DNA of 64,000 bases. Origin: a virus. The stretch lies in the IMG/VR virus record IMGVR_UViG_3300030491_000004, positions 2,786 to 66,785 of that record. One strand, written 5' to 3'. Made by a program: the position numbers and the translations under genes. Below are positions 10,104-20,789 of the stretch, piece after piece. Every line of letters starts with the position of its first letter. Position 1 is the first letter of the stretch. Below the pieces are notes generated by a model, which was not told the origin of the DNA, did no database searches, and saw nothing but the letters and a program-made list of their open reading frames with translations.

Positions 10104-10220
10104 AACAAAAATATTATGAAAAGAATTAAGAAATTTAGAGATGGCAACTCAATCAAAGTATTAAGTTGCTCAGGTATGCACATTATCAGATGCGAGGTTA
10201 TACCGGTAAATTGTTGAGAT

Positions 10221-10424
10221 ATGTTGTATCCAATATCTTTGGTTATTGATACTGAAATACAAGCCGATAGTATGAAAGAAGCAATGGAAATTGCTGGTAA
10301 AATGAACGAAAGTGTAGCGTTAAAATATTTGGATTTTGATCGAAGTGGGGATTATGAAGAAGTAGTAAACGTATCCGTGCTTGACCCAGAATCCGATAGA
10401 ACAGAAGTAATAAATTTTCCATAA
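10221..10424 (+). CDS. Hypothetical protein
   Basis: ORF track. Confidence 0.6.
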   Translation: MLYPISLVIDTEIQADSMKEAMEIAGKMNESVALKYLDFDRSGDYEEVVNVSVLDPESDRTEVINFP

Positions 10425-10434
10425 AATAAATATT

Positions 10435-10623
10435 ATGTTTTACAAAGTAAAAATACAAATAATAGGAACAATAGAAGCAAAAGATTTGACTGAATTGTGT
10501 CAAGGTGTAGCTCTTCTTCCTGAGAATATCGAAGAAGCTATAGGATGTTCGGATAATCTTCAGTTTTTAGAAACTAGACCTAATGGCTGTGTGAGTATTG
10601 TTGAGGTTGTTGAGGCTAACTGA
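10435..10623 (+). CDS. Hypothetical protein
   Basis: ORF track. Confidence 0.6.
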   Translation: MFYKVKIQIIGTIEAKDLTELCQGVALLPENIEEAIGCSDNLQFLETRPNGCVSIVEVVEAN

Positions 10624-10637
10624 AATAATAAAACATC

Positions 10638-10934
10638 ATGGAAAAAGAAGATAACGAAAAATATGATAATTCCGAAGAAAGATATCGAGACTCAGAGGAA
10701 ATTCTTAGAACTGTTAGAAGAGCTTACGAAAGTAATGATCCTATTATAAAACACGCCCTTGCGTATAGAATCGAGGAAACTAAAAAACGCAATAAAGATA
10801 GAGATCCTATTATTGATGATGAAGATGATGAACAATATTGGTGTGAAACATGTGGGTCACATAGCCATCAAAACGATCCAGACACTTCTTTTTGCTATGT
10901 GTGTAATACCGACAATTGGGAGCCGGAAAATTAG
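10638..10934 (+). CDS. Hypothetical protein with C-terminal zinc ribbon
   Basis: CETC...CYVC. Confidence 0.65.
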   Translation: MEKEDNEKYDNSEERYRDSEEILRTVRRAYESNDPIIKHALAYRIEETKKRNKDRDPIIDDEDDEQYWCETCGSHSHQNDPDTSFCYVCNTDNWEPEN

Positions 10935-10980
10935 AATGAGGTAGTTTAAATTAAAATAATAAATTAACGAATAAAACACA

Positions 10981-11244
10981 ATGAAAAAGTTAACAGTAAA
11001 AGTAAGAGAATTCTGTGGGGTACGTAATCAATTTACGGTAGAGACAGAAGATGGTTTGTATTTTCAAAGTTACCAGTCTGTAATAGTTTTCAAATCAAAC
11101 CAGGGAAGTATTTTTATGGACAAAACCTACTGGGATTATTCAAAAACAACTTCTAAATATAGGAACAGGTTTTTGGATATGGACACAAAACAAATTAAAC
11201 AAGCAATTGCCGTCGGAAGTATTCGGTTAATTGATTTAAATTAA
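10981..11244 (+). CDS. Hypothetical phage protein (FQSY...YSKTTSKY motif)
   Basis: ORF track. Confidence 0.7.
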   Translation: MKKLTVKVREFCGVRNQFTVETEDGLYFQSYQSVIVFKSNQGSIFMDKTYWDYSKTTSKYRNRFLDMDTKQIKQAIAVGSIRLIDLN

Positions 11245-11249
11245 AAATC

Positions 11250-11828
11250 ATGGCTAAAAAATTGAATATATATGTATCCATGACAGATAAATGTATGTCT
11301 GGATGGGGGATGACTAAAGGACAAATAAGCAAATTTGTTATAGTTTGTCATTCATGGAAAGAAGCTGATTATGCGGAATACCAAGCTTTAAGAGCTTCAG
11401 AAATGAGTAGAGTTACGGTTTATAGAACTAAGCCGTATTTTGCTCCAAAAACTCATAATGTACAATTTGAAGAGGTAGAAGAAGCACCTAGATTTAATGC
11501 TGGGTGGCTTTATACGACTTCTCATTACCAAAATATTGACAGCTTTGTTAATCTGGAAGTAAAAGAAAGAAAAAATTACACATTCTCAATGGTTAAGGAG
11601 TGGGTTGAAAAGTATAAGATAAAACAAACTTCTTCTTTGATATGGGTAACAGATCGCAGATGGAAGGCTGCAAAATATAAGATGGATGCAAAAGATTGGA
11701 ACAACGCTGAGGAAATATTCAACAAGAGTGATGATGATTTTGATGTTGAAGAAGTAAGTACTCTATATGGCGTAAAGATAGAAGAGAGTGCTGATGGTGA
11801 TGGAGGATTCTTGTTTATGTTGTATTGA
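11250..11828 (+). CDS. Hypothetical protein
   Basis: ORF track. Confidence 0.7.
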   Translation: MAKKLNIYVSMTDKCMSGWGMTKGQISKFVIVCHSWKEADYAEYQALRASEMSRVTVYRTKPYFAPKTHNVQFEEVEEAPRFNAGWLYTTSHYQNIDSFVNLEVKERKNYTFSMVKEWVEKYKIKQTSSLIWVTDRRWKAAKYKMDAKDWNNAEEIFNKSDDDFDVEEVSTLYGVKIEESADGDGGFLFMLY

Positions 11829-12130
11829 TGGACCCATTCGATATTGAGGATCTAGTAAAAAAGGAGATTAATGTTAGACAGGCTATACTTAATCTCCTTA
11901 AGGATCGTTTTAAGAGCGGTTCTGTAGTGAGAGATATAAGTAATGGGAGAATGTATTTGATTGATTTAACTAGCCCCGCAAGCGTATTTGTGGGTGCTAC
12001 GTTAGATGGGGAGGATATGCTGAGTGTAAAATGCGAATCTCCTTACAAAAATATAGTATATTTGAATTATTTGCACCTGGAAGTTGTATGTTCAGGTGGG
12101 GTTAGTAAAAGTAATTTTTATAAAGTTTGA
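11825..12130 (+). CDS. Hypothetical protein
   Basis: ORF track. Confidence 0.65.
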   Translation: MMDPFDIEDLVKKEINVRQAILNLLKDRFKSGSVVRDISNGRMYLIDLTSPASVFVGATLDGEDMLSVKCESPYKNIVYLNYLHLEVVCSGGVSKSNFYKV

Positions 12131-12133
12131 ATT

Positions 12134-12388
12134 ATGGCAAAAATGAAAAGTAAAAAATTTAATGAAGGTTTTTGGCTTGCAGTCCAAGAATTTTGTGGAA
12201 ATGGTTGCGGAAACGATATGGCATATATTGTAATTGCTAATGCTGGATTTACAAGGCTGGAATTTAAAAGAATGATTAATACCAGCAATTTCAAATGGGA
12301 ACAGCTGCTTCCTATCATCAATGAAATTTTGAAAAGAGACGGGAAAAGGCGTCTGGTGTATCACGAAGACATTGAACAAGTAAAATAA
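12134..12388 (+). CDS. Hypothetical protein
   Basis: ORF track. Confidence 0.65.
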   Translation: MAKMKSKKFNEGFWLAVQEFCGNGCGNDMAYIVIANAGFTRLEFKRMINTSNFKWEQLLPIINEILKRDGKRRLVYHEDIEQVK

Positions 12389-12399
12389 AAATTGAAAAC

Positions 12400-12828
12400 A
12401 TGAAAAAATTAGTAGTTATTTCAGAAGAAGAATTGATGGACATTTATTCGTTATTGAATAGAGTTAAGGCTGGTGAAGACAAAAGCGAAGATATGGCTGT
12501 ATGTTATCAAAAAGTGGGTAATATAGCCGACAATATATCACAGCAAATGGAGCCGCGCACATTACAAGCCGCACAAAAGCATGTTGCAGATTTGTTTAAT
12601 GGATTAGAAGAAGGCGAAAAGCCGTTGCTATGCTTGCTGTATCCACTTATTATGGACTACACCCCAGAAAAGGATATAGATTTATTGGATCCAGATTACA
12701 AAGAACTGTTTAAGAAGTCTGGAATGAAAGTTATGGAAAATAGATTTAAACGCGCTATTGGCAAAGCTAAGAATGGAGATTCCAGTGAAATTGAAGGCTT
12801 TCTGGGAGAGCTTTTTGGAAAAGATTGA
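12400..12828 (+). CDS. Hypothetical protein
   Basis: ORF track. Confidence 0.7.
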   Translation: MKKLVVISEEELMDIYSLLNRVKAGEDKSEDMAVCYQKVGNIADNISQQMEPRTLQAAQKHVADLFNGLEEGEKPLLCLLYPLIMDYTPEKDIDLLDPDYKELFKKSGMKVMENRFKRAIGKAKNGDSSEIEGFLGELFGKD

Positions 12829-12831
12829 GCT

Positions 12832-13206
12832 ATGGATCAAATAACAAAGATAGACTTTCTTATGAAAGTTACGGAAATTGATTCAACGGATATATTTGTT
12901 TCTTGCGAAACTATTAATGGTCCGGAGCCAAAGTTTGAAGTATGTAAAAAGGATTCCTTTTATTTGAATAATATTTTAGATAAATGTGATTTTTTCTATG
13001 AGTCTACTTTGGAATCTAGGAGTTCAGTTGCAGGGTTTTTTATCCAACGTGTTTCGGATAATCTTAGACCATCAAATATAATACAAGACGATAATTATAT
13101 TCCCATGCTTAGAAAGATTTTTGGAATAAAGTCTCGTATTATTACGGCTTGTAGTAGAAACTACGGTCCTGGTTACGATGTTAATGTTTTATGGTTCGGT
13201 AAATAA
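12832..13206 (+). CDS. Hypothetical protein
   Basis: ORF track. Confidence 0.65.
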   Translation: MDQITKIDFLMKVTEIDSTDIFVSCETINGPEPKFEVCKKDSFYLNNILDKCDFFYESTLESRSSVAGFFIQRVSDNLRPSNIIQDDNYIPMLRKIFGIKSRIITACSRNYGPGYDVNVLWFGK

Positions 13207-13236
13207 CTTAAAGCTTTGCTATCGGCATGACGGGCA

Positions 13237-13602
13237 TTGTTTATGAAAAAATTTTTTAAATCAAATTGGAAAATAATCTGTTTTTGTGCAGTATTTTTTG
13301 GAGGTTTGTATTTTGTTCCGCGGTGTATTAAAAATGATATACAAATTATTAAGGCTGATTTTACAGTTTTGCCTTCGTATGTTCCAGAAACTCCGAAGCA
13401 AGAAGATTCGGTGTTCAATCAAATTTCAGATATTCAAATGGGATTTATAGTTTCAAAGCTTAATGCCAAGAACAATCATCATTTGAATAAGTCCTCAATC
13501 GTTAAGGATTATTTGAATAACAAAGATTGCTATCAATATCTGGATAGTGGTTACAAGTATCGCAATGTTGATTCAGTATTTGTTGCAAATCATATCGAAT
13601 AA
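13237..13602 (+). CDS. Membrane-anchored hypothetical protein
   Basis: N-terminal TM segment. Confidence 0.65.
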   Translation: MFMKKFFKSNWKIICFCAVFFGGLYFVPRCIKNDIQIIKADFTVLPSYVPETPKQEDSVFNQISDIQMGFIVSKLNAKNNHHLNKSSIVKDYLNNKDCYQYLDSGYKYRNVDSVFVANHIE

Positions 13603-13604
13603 TT

Positions 13605-13937
13605 ATGAATAGAAAATTATTACTGGAAGCCTACAAAAGTCATGAAACTGAAATAAAATCGGTTTGTGATTGGCTTCAGATAGAAATGATGTATGAATTT
13701 GCAGAGACATTAAGACGAAGTGGGCATGTGTTAATGTTAAATGGAATACATGGAGATGTTTTTGTAGAAGTTGTGAGTTCCCATTATGCGTCTTTCTTTC
13801 GTATCTGTGCAATAGATGAAGAAACCGATGGTTATTCGGCTACTTCTGAAACAAAAGATGAAGAAGATTTTATAGCCACTTTCTTGGAAGCTTTGGCGGG
13901 TTATAAGAAAAAATTAGAAGAAAATGAAGTATATTGA
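13605..13937 (+). CDS. Hypothetical protein
   Basis: ORF track. Confidence 0.65.
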   Translation: MNRKLLLEAYKSHETEIKSVCDWLQIEMMYEFAETLRRSGHVLMLNGIHGDVFVEVVSSHYASFFRICAIDEETDGYSATSETKDEEDFIATFLEALAGYKKKLEENEVY

Positions 13938-14457
13938 GTATTTTAGAAATGCAACGGTTCATGAAATAGCCTCATCAAAAGGAAATTGGAATCGTTGCAG
14001 AGTTGAGATAGATGTTCCCTTGGTTAACGCTTTAAGGAGTGATGGAGTACTAAAGAGTTCTTATAAAAACAAGGAAGATGGAACCATCTATCATTTACAT
14101 GAAAAATACAAAGAACGCAAAAAGGAATTTGGGTCATATGTTCACAGATTCCTTTTTGTTAAAGTTCATGGATTAGTTATGGGACTTGATCTAAATGATG
14201 TGGCGGATATTTATGATAGGCAGTTTGTGTCAAAAATAAAATCTGTTAATGTGTTTTCTATTGTAAAAGACATAACACCTCCATATGGAATGATTTTAGA
14301 AGATATAAGATTCAACATGGAACTGTTTCGTGGAAAGATCTCTGGAATTTCGGCATCGGAAAAAGAATACAAGAATCTTTTAATGAAATTGAATCGTGAA
14401 TTTAGTGCTGTTAGACCGGTTAAACAAATAAATTGGAAAAGATATGAAGACATTTGA
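13924..14457 (+). CDS. Hypothetical protein
   Basis: ORF track. Confidence 0.7.
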   Translation: MKYIEYFRNATVHEIASSKGNWNRCRVEIDVPLVNALRSDGVLKSSYKNKEDGTIYHLHEKYKERKKEFGSYVHRFLFVKVHGLVMGLDLNDVADIYDRQFVSKIKSVNVFSIVKDITPPYGMILEDIRFNMELFRGKISGISASEKEYKNLLMKLNREFSAVRPVKQINWKRYEDI

Positions 14458-14610
14458 AGTAACACTTATGATAATTAGTGAAGATGATTTAGTGGATGAA
14501 GCTAGTGTAGTTTGTGCATTTGATAAATATGGACAAAAATCTCTTGACTGTATGTATGGAGAAGATGGAAGTGTTTACATAGACGATATAGAATCTGTAA
14601 AAGAAATATT

Positions 14611-15228
14611 ATGATAAAATGTAGCGGTATAGGAATAATTCATGGAGTAGTTGGTCAAACTGAAAACATGAATAAAAAATGTGTGTTTAAATGTGTAGAC
14701 ACGATATATGGTGAAGATTCCAGTAAAAGCTTAGATTTACTTGTGGGTGGAAAAGATGGTTTAATATTTCATCCAGTGGCATGGAATGATGGAAATGGGT
14801 ACGTTAAGTTGTTTTGGCGTAGACAGGACTTTGAAGATTGGAATACTTTCGGAGACACAAAGCCGACCGGTGCATTTGTAGATATTACTTTAGATCAATA
14901 TTATGATGATGAGTTTGATTCAGAAATGAATGACTTGTTGCTTAAAATGTTTGTTGAAGTGAAGCATCCAGAAATACCACTATGTAAGTTGGCTGTTAAA
15001 AGTTTTCCTTTGATTGCTGATAGAATAAAGTTTTTGAAGGACCACAAGCTTACTGTTATTAATACACCAGTAAGAGAAGATACAAAGCCTGGAGATATTT
15101 CTTGGAAAGGAAACAAATATTTTGTTCAAATTGGGAGCGCGCATAATAAGGTTTCGTATTATTATCATGGATCCATAAGACCTGAAATGTGTGCTAAATG
15201 TGTAATTATTAATGATTTTTGGGCTTAA
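14611..15228 (+). CDS. Hypothetical protein
   Basis: ORF track. Confidence 0.7.
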   Translation: MIKCSGIGIIHGVVGQTENMNKKCVFKCVDTIYGEDSSKSLDLLVGGKDGLIFHPVAWNDGNGYVKLFWRRQDFEDWNTFGDTKPTGAFVDITLDQYYDDEFDSEMNDLLLKMFVEVKHPEIPLCKLAVKSFPLIADRIKFLKDHKLTVINTPVREDTKPGDISWKGNKYFVQIGSAHNKVSYYYHGSIRPEMCAKCVIINDFWA

Positions 15229-15275
15229 TGATGTTGAATAGATTTTGAATTTTGTAATGGAAAATATTAGATAAG

Positions 15276-15596
15276 ATGGATAAAAAAGAAATCGTTATAC
15301 CAAGACACTCTTCTTTGAGTGTAGGATATCTTAATAGTCAAAGAAACAAAAGTAATTTTGGAAAAGTAGTTTCTGAATATTCCAGGGTGTATAATAACTG
15401 CATGAAAAATGAAAATTGCACTTTGGAGGCTCTGGAGTTGGAAAAATTTAAAGGATTGAATGCCGAACAATCGTTTTATCTTTACATGATAATAATGAAT
15501 GAACAGTCTGGAGATTGCTTCTATAAGTCAGATGAAGCGATAAGTTTCCGGAATTTAGATCTTGATGGAGTTGAAGTAACCGATTTATTAGATTAA
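15276..15596 (+). CDS. Hypothetical protein
   Basis: ORF track. Confidence 0.65.
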   Translation: MDKKEIVIPRHSSLSVGYLNSQRNKSNFGKVVSEYSRVYNNCMKNENCTLEALELEKFKGLNAEQSFYLYMIIMNEQSGDCFYKSDEAISFRNLDLDGVEVTDLLD

Positions 15597-15601
15597 ACAA
15601 G

Positions 15602-15829
15602 ATGGAACAATACAATGTAATATGTACAGCTATTTTTAATAGAGAAATAACTGTAAGGGCTGAAAGTAAAGAAGAGGCTATGGATAAAGCTTCGGATGTT
15701 ATTTCAGCAGAGTTTGATGAATGTGGTGCCGATTCTATTAGAAAGAATTGGGAATTTGGAGAAGCTACAGCGGATAGTGCTGAGCCTAGTGAAAAATGGG
15801 ATGATTTTGACGATCACAGTAAAGATTAA
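15602..15829 (+). CDS. Hypothetical protein (VRAESKEEA motif)
   Basis: ORF track; acidic small phage protein. Confidence 0.65.
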   Translation: MEQYNVICTAIFNREITVRAESKEEAMDKASDVISAEFDECGADSIRKNWEFGEATADSAEPSEKWDDFDDHSKD

Positions 15830-15843
15830 TAAAAATATTGATA

Positions 15844-16181
15844 TGATAGAAAGAATGAGAAGTTTGCCATTTAAAGAGATATTTGAAATACAAAAAGCTT
15901 TAAATGGTTTAGATGATGAAAAACGTTTGTTGGAAGATATTATGTCTGATTACGTGGAGGCTTCAAAAAGGTCTTTACAGGCAGGTAAATGCTTTGTTTG
16001 TGGAGTAGGGAAAAACAAAACCTCTATTTTTATTAAGTCTGTAGATTATGGTGACCAAGAGAGTGATGAAGACGAAACATCGTATGTTGTTATTGTAGAA
16101 GACAAGGGAACTGAATCTACCAAAGAAGTTAGTGGATTAATAGAAATGTTAGAGTTATTTGAACAATATAATATGTATTAA
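15844..16181 (+). CDS. Hypothetical protein (start moved from 15696 to internal Met)
   Basis: ORF track; the longer start overlaps the upstream gene. Confidence 0.6.
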
Positions 16182-16881
16182 TATGAAACATACAAATTTT
16201 AGCACAAAGTTCGGTGAAATTCGTTCACAATTGCTGAGTGAATTAAAAACAGCGTTGAAAGCACATGGTGGAAAGATTGTATTTAAAGAAGTCACCCCGA
16301 TATTAAGAAGCTCTGACTATTGCACCGAATTAGAAATATTGGTTTTAGCTTTAAGAGAATCTGGAGAGGTTGTTATCGAGAAAGCGGCACAGGATGTTGA
16401 TGGAATTACATGTTGGGTTGAAGACAATGTACCAATAAATGACAAAATAGCCATAGAAGATATTGATGGAATATTTGAACTTATTCCGGAGACTGAAGAA
16501 GTAAAAAATGTGTCTGAAGAAGAATATTTTCCAGTATTGCTGTTTTCTAAAGACGATCTAAAACAAAAGAGGTTTATTACAGATGGCTTAACTTCAGGTA
16601 AATTAGCCGATATTGCTGCCGAAATTGGAGAAAAATATTGTAACAGTATGAATTACTGGGACGACATGATTGGAGTAGCTGAATCTCATAATATTCCCAG
16701 AAAAACGATTTTGGAAGCTTCCGATGAATGGTGGAATGATCTTTTGAATCATGAAAAACAAGATCTGTTTATAAAGCATGTCCCAGAACATCCGGACATC
16801 TGCTTGAATATGTGCCAAGCGTGGTGGGAGTCTCTCGTAGATGAGAATAAAGAAAGTTTGTATAACGAATACAATTATTGA
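16159..16881 (+). CDS. Hypothetical protein
   Basis: 240-aa ORF. Confidence 0.7.
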   Translation: MNNIICINMKHTNFSTKFGEIRSQLLSELKTALKAHGGKIVFKEVTPILRSSDYCTELEILVLALRESGEVVIEKAAQDVDGITCWVEDNVPINDKIAIEDIDGIFELIPETEEVKNVSEEEYFPVLLFSKDDLKQKRFITDGLTSGKLADIAAEIGEKYCNSMNYWDDMIGVAESHNIPRKTILEASDEWWNDLLNHEKQDLFIKHVPEHPDICLNMCQAWWESLVDENKESLYNEYNY

Positions 16882-17231
16882 TCATGGAAAAGAAAGAGGT
16901 GGTAGTTTACCCTGGAGTAAATTATGGGGATTTTGTAAAATGTACTGAATGTGGAAAATTAATGCTCCTTCCATTAACTTCAGAAAGGTGTCCGGAATGT
17001 GGTGCTGAAGATGGTCAACTTGTATGGGCTAAGGGTAATGAAGCCAATGTAGACTTACAAGAAATGTATCTTCCAGATTTAATAAAGGATGGGTATAACC
17101 TCGTACATTCTGGGAAAGATTTAAAAATAACAGATTATCATTCAAAAGAGTTTATTGAAGAAGAAGGTTTAGTTGAATCCCCAATAAGCTTAAAAATGCA
17201 AGATATAATGGAGCAAATATCGGGAAGATAA
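16878..17231 (+). CDS. Zinc-ribbon protein
   Basis: CTECG...CPECG. Confidence 0.7.
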   Translation: MIMEKKEVVVYPGVNYGDFVKCTECGKLMLLPLTSERCPECGAEDGQLVWAKGNEANVDLQEMYLPDLIKDGYNLVHSGKDLKITDYHSKEFIEEEGLVESPISLKMQDIMEQISGR

Positions 17232-17302
17232 GTTATTTTTATCTAAAACTGTATACGTTTATTCTAAATTATAATATATTTCCGTACTTTTGAAATTCAT
17301 TA

Positions 17303-17608
17303 GTGCGGAAATATAATTTTGTCATTATGAAAACAAAAATATTAAAAATCAAAATAGCTGGAACAAAATACGATTCCAGGAGAAAACTTACCGATAAACA
17401 AAAGCAAAATGTGTTTTATTTGCATGACTTGGGGGCGAGTATAAGAAAGATCGCTGAAATCATGGGAGTAAGTGCTGCGGCAATACAACACATATTGAAA
17501 CCTCCAGCTAAATCTAAAAAGATAGTTCATGATAATGAATACTGGAGGATTGCAAGGGCTAAAACTGCTCAAAAAAAACAATCACTGTACGAACAAGGAA
17601 AAATATAA
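17303..17608 (+). CDS. Helix-turn-helix DNA-binding protein
   Basis: GASIRKIAEIMGVSAAAIQHIL HTH; TACTTTTG -7 element at 17285-17292. Confidence 0.75.
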   Translation: MRKYNFVIMKTKILKIKIAGTKYDSRRKLTDKQKQNVFYLHDLGASIRKIAEIMGVSAAAIQHILKPPAKSKKIVHDNEYWRIARAKTAQKKQSLYEQGKI

Positions 17609-17613
17609 AAGTT

Positions 17614-17880
17614 ATGAATGACGAAAGAAGAGAAGATTTAAGTGAGGTAATTGATCAGTTACATGATGCAGCAGATGGGTTGGAGGAAGTTCAGAGTGCG
17701 GAACAAGACTCTTTAGATGAAATGCCGGACGGACTTCAGTCTGGTAAGGTTGGGGAAAAAATAGAAAGTAATATTAAACTTCTTGAAGTAGCATATCAGA
17801 CCATCCAGGATGTTATTTCTACTATTTCCCCAATAGCGAGTAAAAAACGATCGAAACCTAAAACAAAAGATGGAAAATAA
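17614..17880 (+). CDS. Hypothetical helical protein
   Basis: ORF track. Confidence 0.7.
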   Translation: MNDERREDLSEVIDQLHDAADGLEEVQSAEQDSLDEMPDGLQSGKVGEKIESNIKLLEVAYQTIQDVISTISPIASKKRSKPKTKDGK

Positions 17881-18253
17881 AATAGAAAATATTCTATTGA
17901 GTTTATTGTTTATTTTTTCTTCTATAGGAGCGTTTTATTTGATGGCTGAACTGGTAACCTTTACATGGCAACCTATTGATCTTAATAATGGATTGAGGGG
18001 TTGCTATGAGGCTCCAGGGCATAACGAAACATACCATGTTGCTGTATTCATTACCAGATTCCTATTTTCTATATTATTTATTATGGTTACAGCTATAACA
18101 TTTAGCGTGAAAAAATATAGGAAAGATATTATTGTGGGTATGGATTATGTAGTAATAGCTATTGGGGGAATAATTTTAGGTGCTGTATATTACGCTTTAA
18201 CTGGAATATTCATGTTGTTTTTGTATGTAGTAACATTAATTTTTAGCATATGA
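17870..18253 (+). CDS. Membrane protein (3 TM)
   Basis: Hydrophobic segments. Confidence 0.7.
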   Translation: MENKIENILLSLLFIFSSIGAFYLMAELVTFTWQPIDLNNGLRGCYEAPGHNETYHVAVFITRFLFSILFIMVTAITFSVKKYRKDIIVGMDYVVIAIGGIILGAVYYALTGIFMLFLYVVTLIFSI

Positions 18254-18642
18254 AGAAAAATAAAAAAGTATCAATAGAACCTTCAAACATGAGACAAACA
18301 ATGGCTTCTTGGATGAGGTATTGGATGTTAAGTGACGAACTGTTTAATGAAAAGAAACCTGAAATATTTAACATTACAGATCTATCAGAAGACAGTGAAT
18401 TTTTGGATGAAGCTAAATGTATTACTAAGGACTTAAAGTTAGACTGGGATCATCTTACTCACGATGAGAGCAATCGTATAATGCTTGCATTGCTTAGCTC
18501 TGACTTTATGTCTACTAAAAATGTGGAAAATGTAGATAATCTACAAATAAATATTACACTGAAGGCTGTAAGGGGAATGGATAGAGAAGATAGAATGGGT
18601 GTAAAATGTGAAGTAGGTAACAAACCAACTGATTGGAAATAA
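18250..18642 (+). CDS. Hypothetical protein
   Basis: ORF track. Confidence 0.7.
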   Translation: MKKNKKVSIEPSNMRQTMASWMRYWMLSDELFNEKKPEIFNITDLSEDSEFLDEAKCITKDLKLDWDHLTHDESNRIMLALLSSDFMSTKNVENVDNLQINITLKAVRGMDREDRMGVKCEVGNKPTDWK

Positions 18643-18643
18643 T

Positions 18644-18934
18644 ATGAAAAATAAAGATTACGAATCAAAGCTTTCTGATATTAGATGGAAATGTATGCAG
18701 GAAGAAAATTCTTTAAATCAAAAATTTGTAGAAGAAAATGCCATGTTTTCAGTAGGAGATATGGTTACTGAAAAATGGGGAGAGGGGACTGTTTCTATTG
18801 TAATTGAAAAAATAAGTTATTCAAAATTATCTTCTACTATACCGATTGTGAAGTATATTGGGGAAGTTTTGACCTGTGATTCCACCCCAGAAGTTAGTGG
18901 AAAATTAACTATTTATGAAAAAGATATAATATGA
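18644..18934 (+). CDS. Hypothetical protein, paralog of 18931..19224
   Basis: Shared GD/GEVVT...Y.G.VL..D..P...GK pattern. Confidence 0.7.
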   Translation: MKNKDYESKLSDIRWKCMQEENSLNQKFVEENAMFSVGDMVTEKWGEGTVSIVIEKISYSKLSSTIPIVKYIGEVLTCDSTPEVSGKLTIYEKDII

Positions 18935-19224
18935 CAAATGAAGAATACACCTTAGAGATTCTTGGAATATCCAGAATATCAAGAGAATTAAAACGCGATG
19001 TGGCTAAAAGATATATTGAAAGCAGGCCTCATTTAAATATTGGAGAAGTTGTAACAAGGGAAGACGATGAAGTGACTATAAAAATAACAAAAGTTACTTT
19101 TAGATCTATGTTTAGACCGTATCCTGAGTTGGTATATAAGGGGGTTGTTCTAAATAAAGATGGAATTCCCAGAAAAGATGGAAAAACAGATGTGGTATTT
19201 GAAAGCGAAATTTTAAAAATATAA
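18931..19224 (+). CDS. Hypothetical protein, paralog of 18644..18934
   Basis: Shared motif pattern. Confidence 0.7.
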   Translation: MTNEEYTLEILGISRISRELKRDVAKRYIESRPHLNIGEVVTREDDEVTIKITKVTFRSMFRPYPELVYKGVVLNKDGIPRKDGKTDVVFESEILKI

Positions 19225-19226
19225 CT

Positions 19227-19436
19227 ATGGGTTTATTTGGATTAGGAAGATGCCCAATACATGGATGCAAGTACGTGCTGGACACGGATGGGCTTGAATA
19301 TTACAAGTATTGCCCTCAATGTAGTAGGGAAAACAAAAGAAAAAGAGAATCTGAAGAGCGTGAAGAGGAACTGGAAGATAAAAACAGAGAATTGGAGGAA
19401 CGTATCAGAAAATTAGAAGAATCTAAAAAAGAATAA
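19227..19436 (+). CDS. Zinc finger plus coiled-coil small protein
   Basis: CPIH...CPQC. Confidence 0.65.
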   Translation: MGLFGLGRCPIHGCKYVLDTDGLEYYKYCPQCSRENKRKRESEEREEELEDKNRELEERIRKLEESKKE

Positions 19437-19440
19437 AATC

Positions 19441-19947
19441 ATGAGAGTTACAAGATCAATGGCAGACGATGCCGCATTAGCGATGGCATGTAGTAAATAC
19501 GATCAGAAAATTTCTGACGCTGAAAAGGAAGAGTTGAAATTAGGAGATGAACTTGTTGGAGTTTTGATTCCGAAAGATGTTATGGAATGCTTTGAAAAAA
19601 ATAGAAGCTATTTCAAGTCTTCTTCCAGTATAAGCGCTGTATATGAAAACAGTGAAGGGTATAACCATTACACAAACATAGAATGCTCAATTGGATTACC
19701 CGGAAACCTTTATTACGATATAGATAAGAAGATTTGTGATCGTGCCGAAGCAATACAAACAAAAAAAAGGAAGTTGGAAAAAGAAAAGGAGAAGGTGAGA
19801 TGTAGAATTTCAGATACTCTTTTTGCTCTTCGTACTGTAGCTAGAGTGGACAAAGAATTCCATGCAGCAATTAAGTTTCTTACAATTGAGGAAAAACAAC
19901 TGCCGGCACTTAAAATTGATGACCTAATTAAAATGTTTGGAAAATGA
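19441..19947 (+). CDS. Hypothetical protein
   Basis: ORF track. Confidence 0.7.
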   Translation: MRVTRSMADDAALAMACSKYDQKISDAEKEELKLGDELVGVLIPKDVMECFEKNRSYFKSSSSISAVYENSEGYNHYTNIECSIGLPGNLYYDIDKKICDRAEAIQTKKRKLEKEKEKVRCRISDTLFALRTVARVDKEFHAAIKFLTIEEKQLPALKIDDLIKMFGK

Positions 19948-20789
19948 CACTAGAAAAATTTAAAAGTAGTTTGATTGGAACCGTTATAGATGTCGCCGAA
20001 CATCCGGAAGAGGTTGAAAAAAGACTCCTAAAATTAGGAATTGAATTTGAACAAAAGGATACGGTTAGCGAAATGGAGTCGGATGAAAAATTCGGAGACA
20101 CTGGATTTGTTGAATTTTTTAGACCAAAATTAGGTGTACCTACATTAGCCCAGAACTGTTACGTTTCTGAGTATAGAGATTCAGGGCTGGGAATTTCTAG
20201 CGTTGACTTCTTGAATGCTAATAGAGGTGTTGAATTTAATGATGGAGACTTTCTGATATTTGAAAATTTTGAGGAAACTGAAAGGTTTTTTGCTATCCTG
20301 AAGAAAGATTATGACGGACAATTCCCAGCTAATGTAATGACTTACGGAACTGTAAGTTTTTCAGAAAATGCAGAACCCGGACATAGGTCTGTTATAGGAA
20401 GTCATGAGTTAGGAACTTTCTTTGATGTGTTAAGAGAACCTTCTGATAGCGAAATAGAAGAAGCTATGAAAATATTTTTTGATGAAAATGGTAAGGTTTT
20501 TGATGAAAATAAAAAATGGGTTATTCCAGTGGAAGAGAAAAAGATTTCCATGAAATTAAAAAAAGAAGTAAATTCTTACAATATAACCAGAATGCTTCCA
20601 TTTACAAAAGTGTTGGCTAAACTACAGAATGATGTAGATTGGAGGCTTGGGTTTTTTGATCACGCTGAAATTGTAAATGATAAAATGGTGTTTTATCTAG
20701 TTGGTGAATTTGGATGTGATCAATGTATTCCGTATTCCGGTAACGAAAAATTGTTTAAGTATCATGAAGGTATACTTATTAACCAATGA
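19944..20789 (+). CDS. Hypothetical protein
   Basis: 281-aa ORF. Confidence 0.75.
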   Translation: MTLEKFKSSLIGTVIDVAEHPEEVEKRLLKLGIEFEQKDTVSEMESDEKFGDTGFVEFFRPKLGVPTLAQNCYVSEYRDSGLGISSVDFLNANRGVEFNDGDFLIFENFEETERFFAILKKDYDGQFPANVMTYGTVSFSENAEPGHRSVIGSHELGTFFDVLREPSDSEIEEAMKIFFDENGKVFDENKKWVIPVEEKKISMKLKKEVNSYNITRMLPFTKVLAKLQNDVDWRLGFFDHAEIVNDKMVFYLVGEFGCDQCIPYSGNEKLFKYHEGILINQ